In this document: positions 51,124-52,596 of the stretch, piece by piece
Numbering within the stretch: position 1 is the stretch's first letter
Layout: each line of letters starts with the position of its first letter
Source of the DNA: a virus
Length of the DNA: 52,596 nt
Reading direction: 5' to 3' (one strand)
Virus record (IMG/VR): IMGVR_UViG_3300048057_000049
Location: 1 to 52,596 of that record
Translations under genes and position numbers: made by a program
Notes under the pieces: model-generated
The model's database searches: none
What the model was told of the DNA's origin: nothing
What the model saw: only the letters and a program-made list of their open reading frames with translations

Positions 51124-51618
51124 ATGGCTTCTGGCGATACTTTACTAATTTTCACACCTCAGCACAATGAGCCACCGGCTAGTAACCCGGCAACATTGGA
51201 CACAAGAAACAGTCACCCAGTGCTGGATTTCGATGCCAGCACCAACGAGGACGCGGTGTTTTCGGCAATCATGCCGCGCCTCTACGCTGGCACAACTGGC
51301 ATAACAGTCTATATCCATTACGCCATGAGCAGCGCGACGAGCGGCGATGTTGATTGGGACGTGTCATTTGAGCGAATAGGCGACCAGCAGCTAGACATAG
51401 ATGCCGATAGCTTTGCAGCCGTAAACAGCGTAGATAATACGACCGTTCCTGGCACATCTGGAAATGTTGACGTTGTGAATGTCACGTTTACGGATGGCGC
51501 TGATATGGATTCGGTAGCAGTCGGTGAGGGGTTCCGCATAAAAGTAACAAGGGACGCAGCCAGCGACACGGCGGCGGGTGACGCCGAATTGCTGTTTGTA
51601 GAAATCAAGGAAACATAA
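51124..51618 (+). CDS. hypothetical structural protein (fibre-module)
   Basis: 164 aa, Asp/Thr/Ser-rich and beta-like, immediately upstream of the LamG fibre gene. Confidence 0.5.
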   Translation: MASGDTLLIFTPQHNEPPASNPATLDTRNSHPVLDFDASTNEDAVFSAIMPRLYAGTTGITVYIHYAMSSATSGDVDWDVSFERIGDQQLDIDADSFAAVNSVDNTTVPGTSGNVDVVNVTFTDGADMDSVAVGEGFRIKVTRDAASDTAAGDAELLFVEIKET

Positions 51619-51623
51619 AATAG

Positions 51624-52596
51624 ATGGCTCGTTCTTTTGCTCGCGCCAACTCTGAATATTTAGAGATAAACTCTGCCGTTGTGACCGCAACGCCGCTAAC
51701 AATAGCGTGTTGGTTTTATACTGATAACGTTGGTGCTGGAGTTTTTCAAGACCTCGTAGGTTTATATAATAGCGGGAATGCAAATCAGTATAAATTAGCG
51801 TTCGAGCCAACCAACGCACTGCGAGCCGTTGATTATGGCGCATTTTTCAAATATGCACAGACGACCGGTGTTTCTGTTGACACATGGCATCATGCGTGCG
51901 GTACATTTTACAACGGCGGCTCAAACCGTTCCGTGTTTTTGGATGGCGGCAATAAAGTTACTGATACGTTGTCTGGTGCAAGCGAGGCATTAACGGTAAA
52001 TGAAACGATGGTTGGTGCGGCTGGTGGCTCGTCTAATTTTTTGTCAGGGCGTGTAGCTGAAGCGGCTGTTTGGAATGTGCAGCTAACGGACGCAGAGGTT
52101 GCAATCCTCGGTGCTGGATATTCACCGTTATTTGTCAGGCCGCAAAGTTTAGTTGCCTATTGGCCGCTGGTACGCGGCGACAATGACAAAATTGGCGGCT
52201 ATAACATGACGCCGGTTAATTCGCCCACGTTCGTCGAGCATCCCCCGATGCTCTACCGGTCATTGCCGTTTGTTATAATGCCTGCGGCCACAGGCGGTGA
52301 CCTCAATCTAATCCTTGGAGACATCACGGCCGCATCTCCAGTGCTAGACACCATGGTCTTGGCGCAGGAGCACGATCTAATCCTTGGAGACATCACGGCC
52401 GCATCTCCAGTGCTAGACACCATGGTCTTGGCGCAGGAGCACGATCTAATCCTTGGAGACATAGAGACTCAGGCACCTGCGCTAGACACCATGGTCTTGG
52501 CACAAGAGCACGATCTAATCCTTGGAGACATCACGGCCGCATCTCCAGTGCTAGACACCATGGTCTTGGCACAAGAGCACGATCTAATCCTTGGAG
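51624..52596 (+). CDS. N-terminal part of the LamG-like (concanavalin-type jelly-roll) fibre protein. Runs off the window end and continues at base 117 (or base 2 of the overlap).
   Basis: Pattern LTIACWFY...WHHACGTFYNGGSNRSVFLDGG...FLSGRVAEAAVWNVQLTDAEVAIL is typical of Laminin_G_3 domains. There is no stop before the window end. This ORF is absent from the supplied track. Confidence 0.75.
   Translation, partial: MARSFARANSEYLEINSAVVTATPLTIACWFYTDNVGAGVFQDLVGLYNSGNANQYKLAFEPTNALRAVDYGAFFKYAQTTGVSVDTWHHACGTFYNGGSNRSVFLDGGNKVTDTLSGASEALTVNETMVGAAGGSSNFLSGRVAEAAVWNVQLTDAEVAILGAGYSPLFVRPQSLVAYWPLVRGDNDKIGGYNMTPVNSPTFVEHPPMLYRSLPFVIMPAATGGDLNLILGDITAASPVLDTMVLAQEHDLILGDITAASPVLDTMVLAQEHDLILGDIETQAPALDTMVLAQEHDLILGDITAASPVLDTMVLAQEHDLILG
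52305..52596 (+). repeat. the same 69-bp tandem repeat array (part upstream of the junction)
   Basis: Units begin at about 52305 within the LamG ORF. Confidence 0.95.
52481..52596. repeat. 116-bp terminal overlap identical to 1..116 (circular closure or assembly overlap)
   Basis: Base-by-base identity checked by eye. Confidence 0.9.

Noticed and set aside
52481-52596. The 116-bp terminal identity as a genuine physical direct terminal repeat of the virion DNA
   Set aside because: The overlap lies inside a tandem-repeat array within a continuous ORF. It is more simply explained as a circular-assembly overlap, and it says nothing about the packaging mechanism.
1-52596. tRNA genes, integrase/attP, or a CI-like repressor
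   Set aside because: I found no cloverleaf-like T-arm consensus (GGTTCGAATCC type) outside coding context. I saw no tyrosine- or serine-recombinase motifs in any ORF, and no obvious HTH repressor. Absence cannot be proven without profile searches.

Overview
The window appears to be an essentially complete tailed dsDNA phage genome with siphovirus-like gene order. Bases 52481-52596 are identical to bases 1-116, so the unique length is about 52.48 kb. The junction falls inside a tandem-repeat-rich fibre gene. Layout: (i) a leftward operon (1752-7709, minus strand) with a putative initiator, DnaB helicase, two adenine-methyltransferase-motif genes and a ParB-like protein. (ii) A divergent promoter region (7745-7957). 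(iii) A long rightward early region (8091-24616) with unusually large repeat-rich non-coding stretches, two SLOG-like proteins, SSB, a 1203-aa methyltransferase-SNF2 helicase fusion, and about 15 small ORFs, seven of them preceded by a conserved stem-loop. (iv) A ~1 kb non-coding block of hairpins and iterons (24620-25630). (v) A middle/late region with HNH endonuclease, large terminase, portal, scaffold, lambda D/E-like decoration and major capsid proteins, connectors, tail tube, G/GT chaperone with a canonical -1 slippery site, tape measure, a 1451-aa tail-tip protein, a 790-aa M23-peptidase lysin and fibre genes. I could not recognise an integrase, repressor, DNA polymerase, primase, prohead protease, tRNA, CRISPR array or reverse transcriptase. 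The most unusual signals are: a roughly 8-fold excess of the palindrome CGGCCG in every frame; several families of conserved hairpins and repeats in the early region; an ori-like inverted iteron array inside the initiator gene; and near-identical coding tandem repeats in three structural or envelope proteins. All product calls rest on motifs read by eye and on gene order. No database search was possible.
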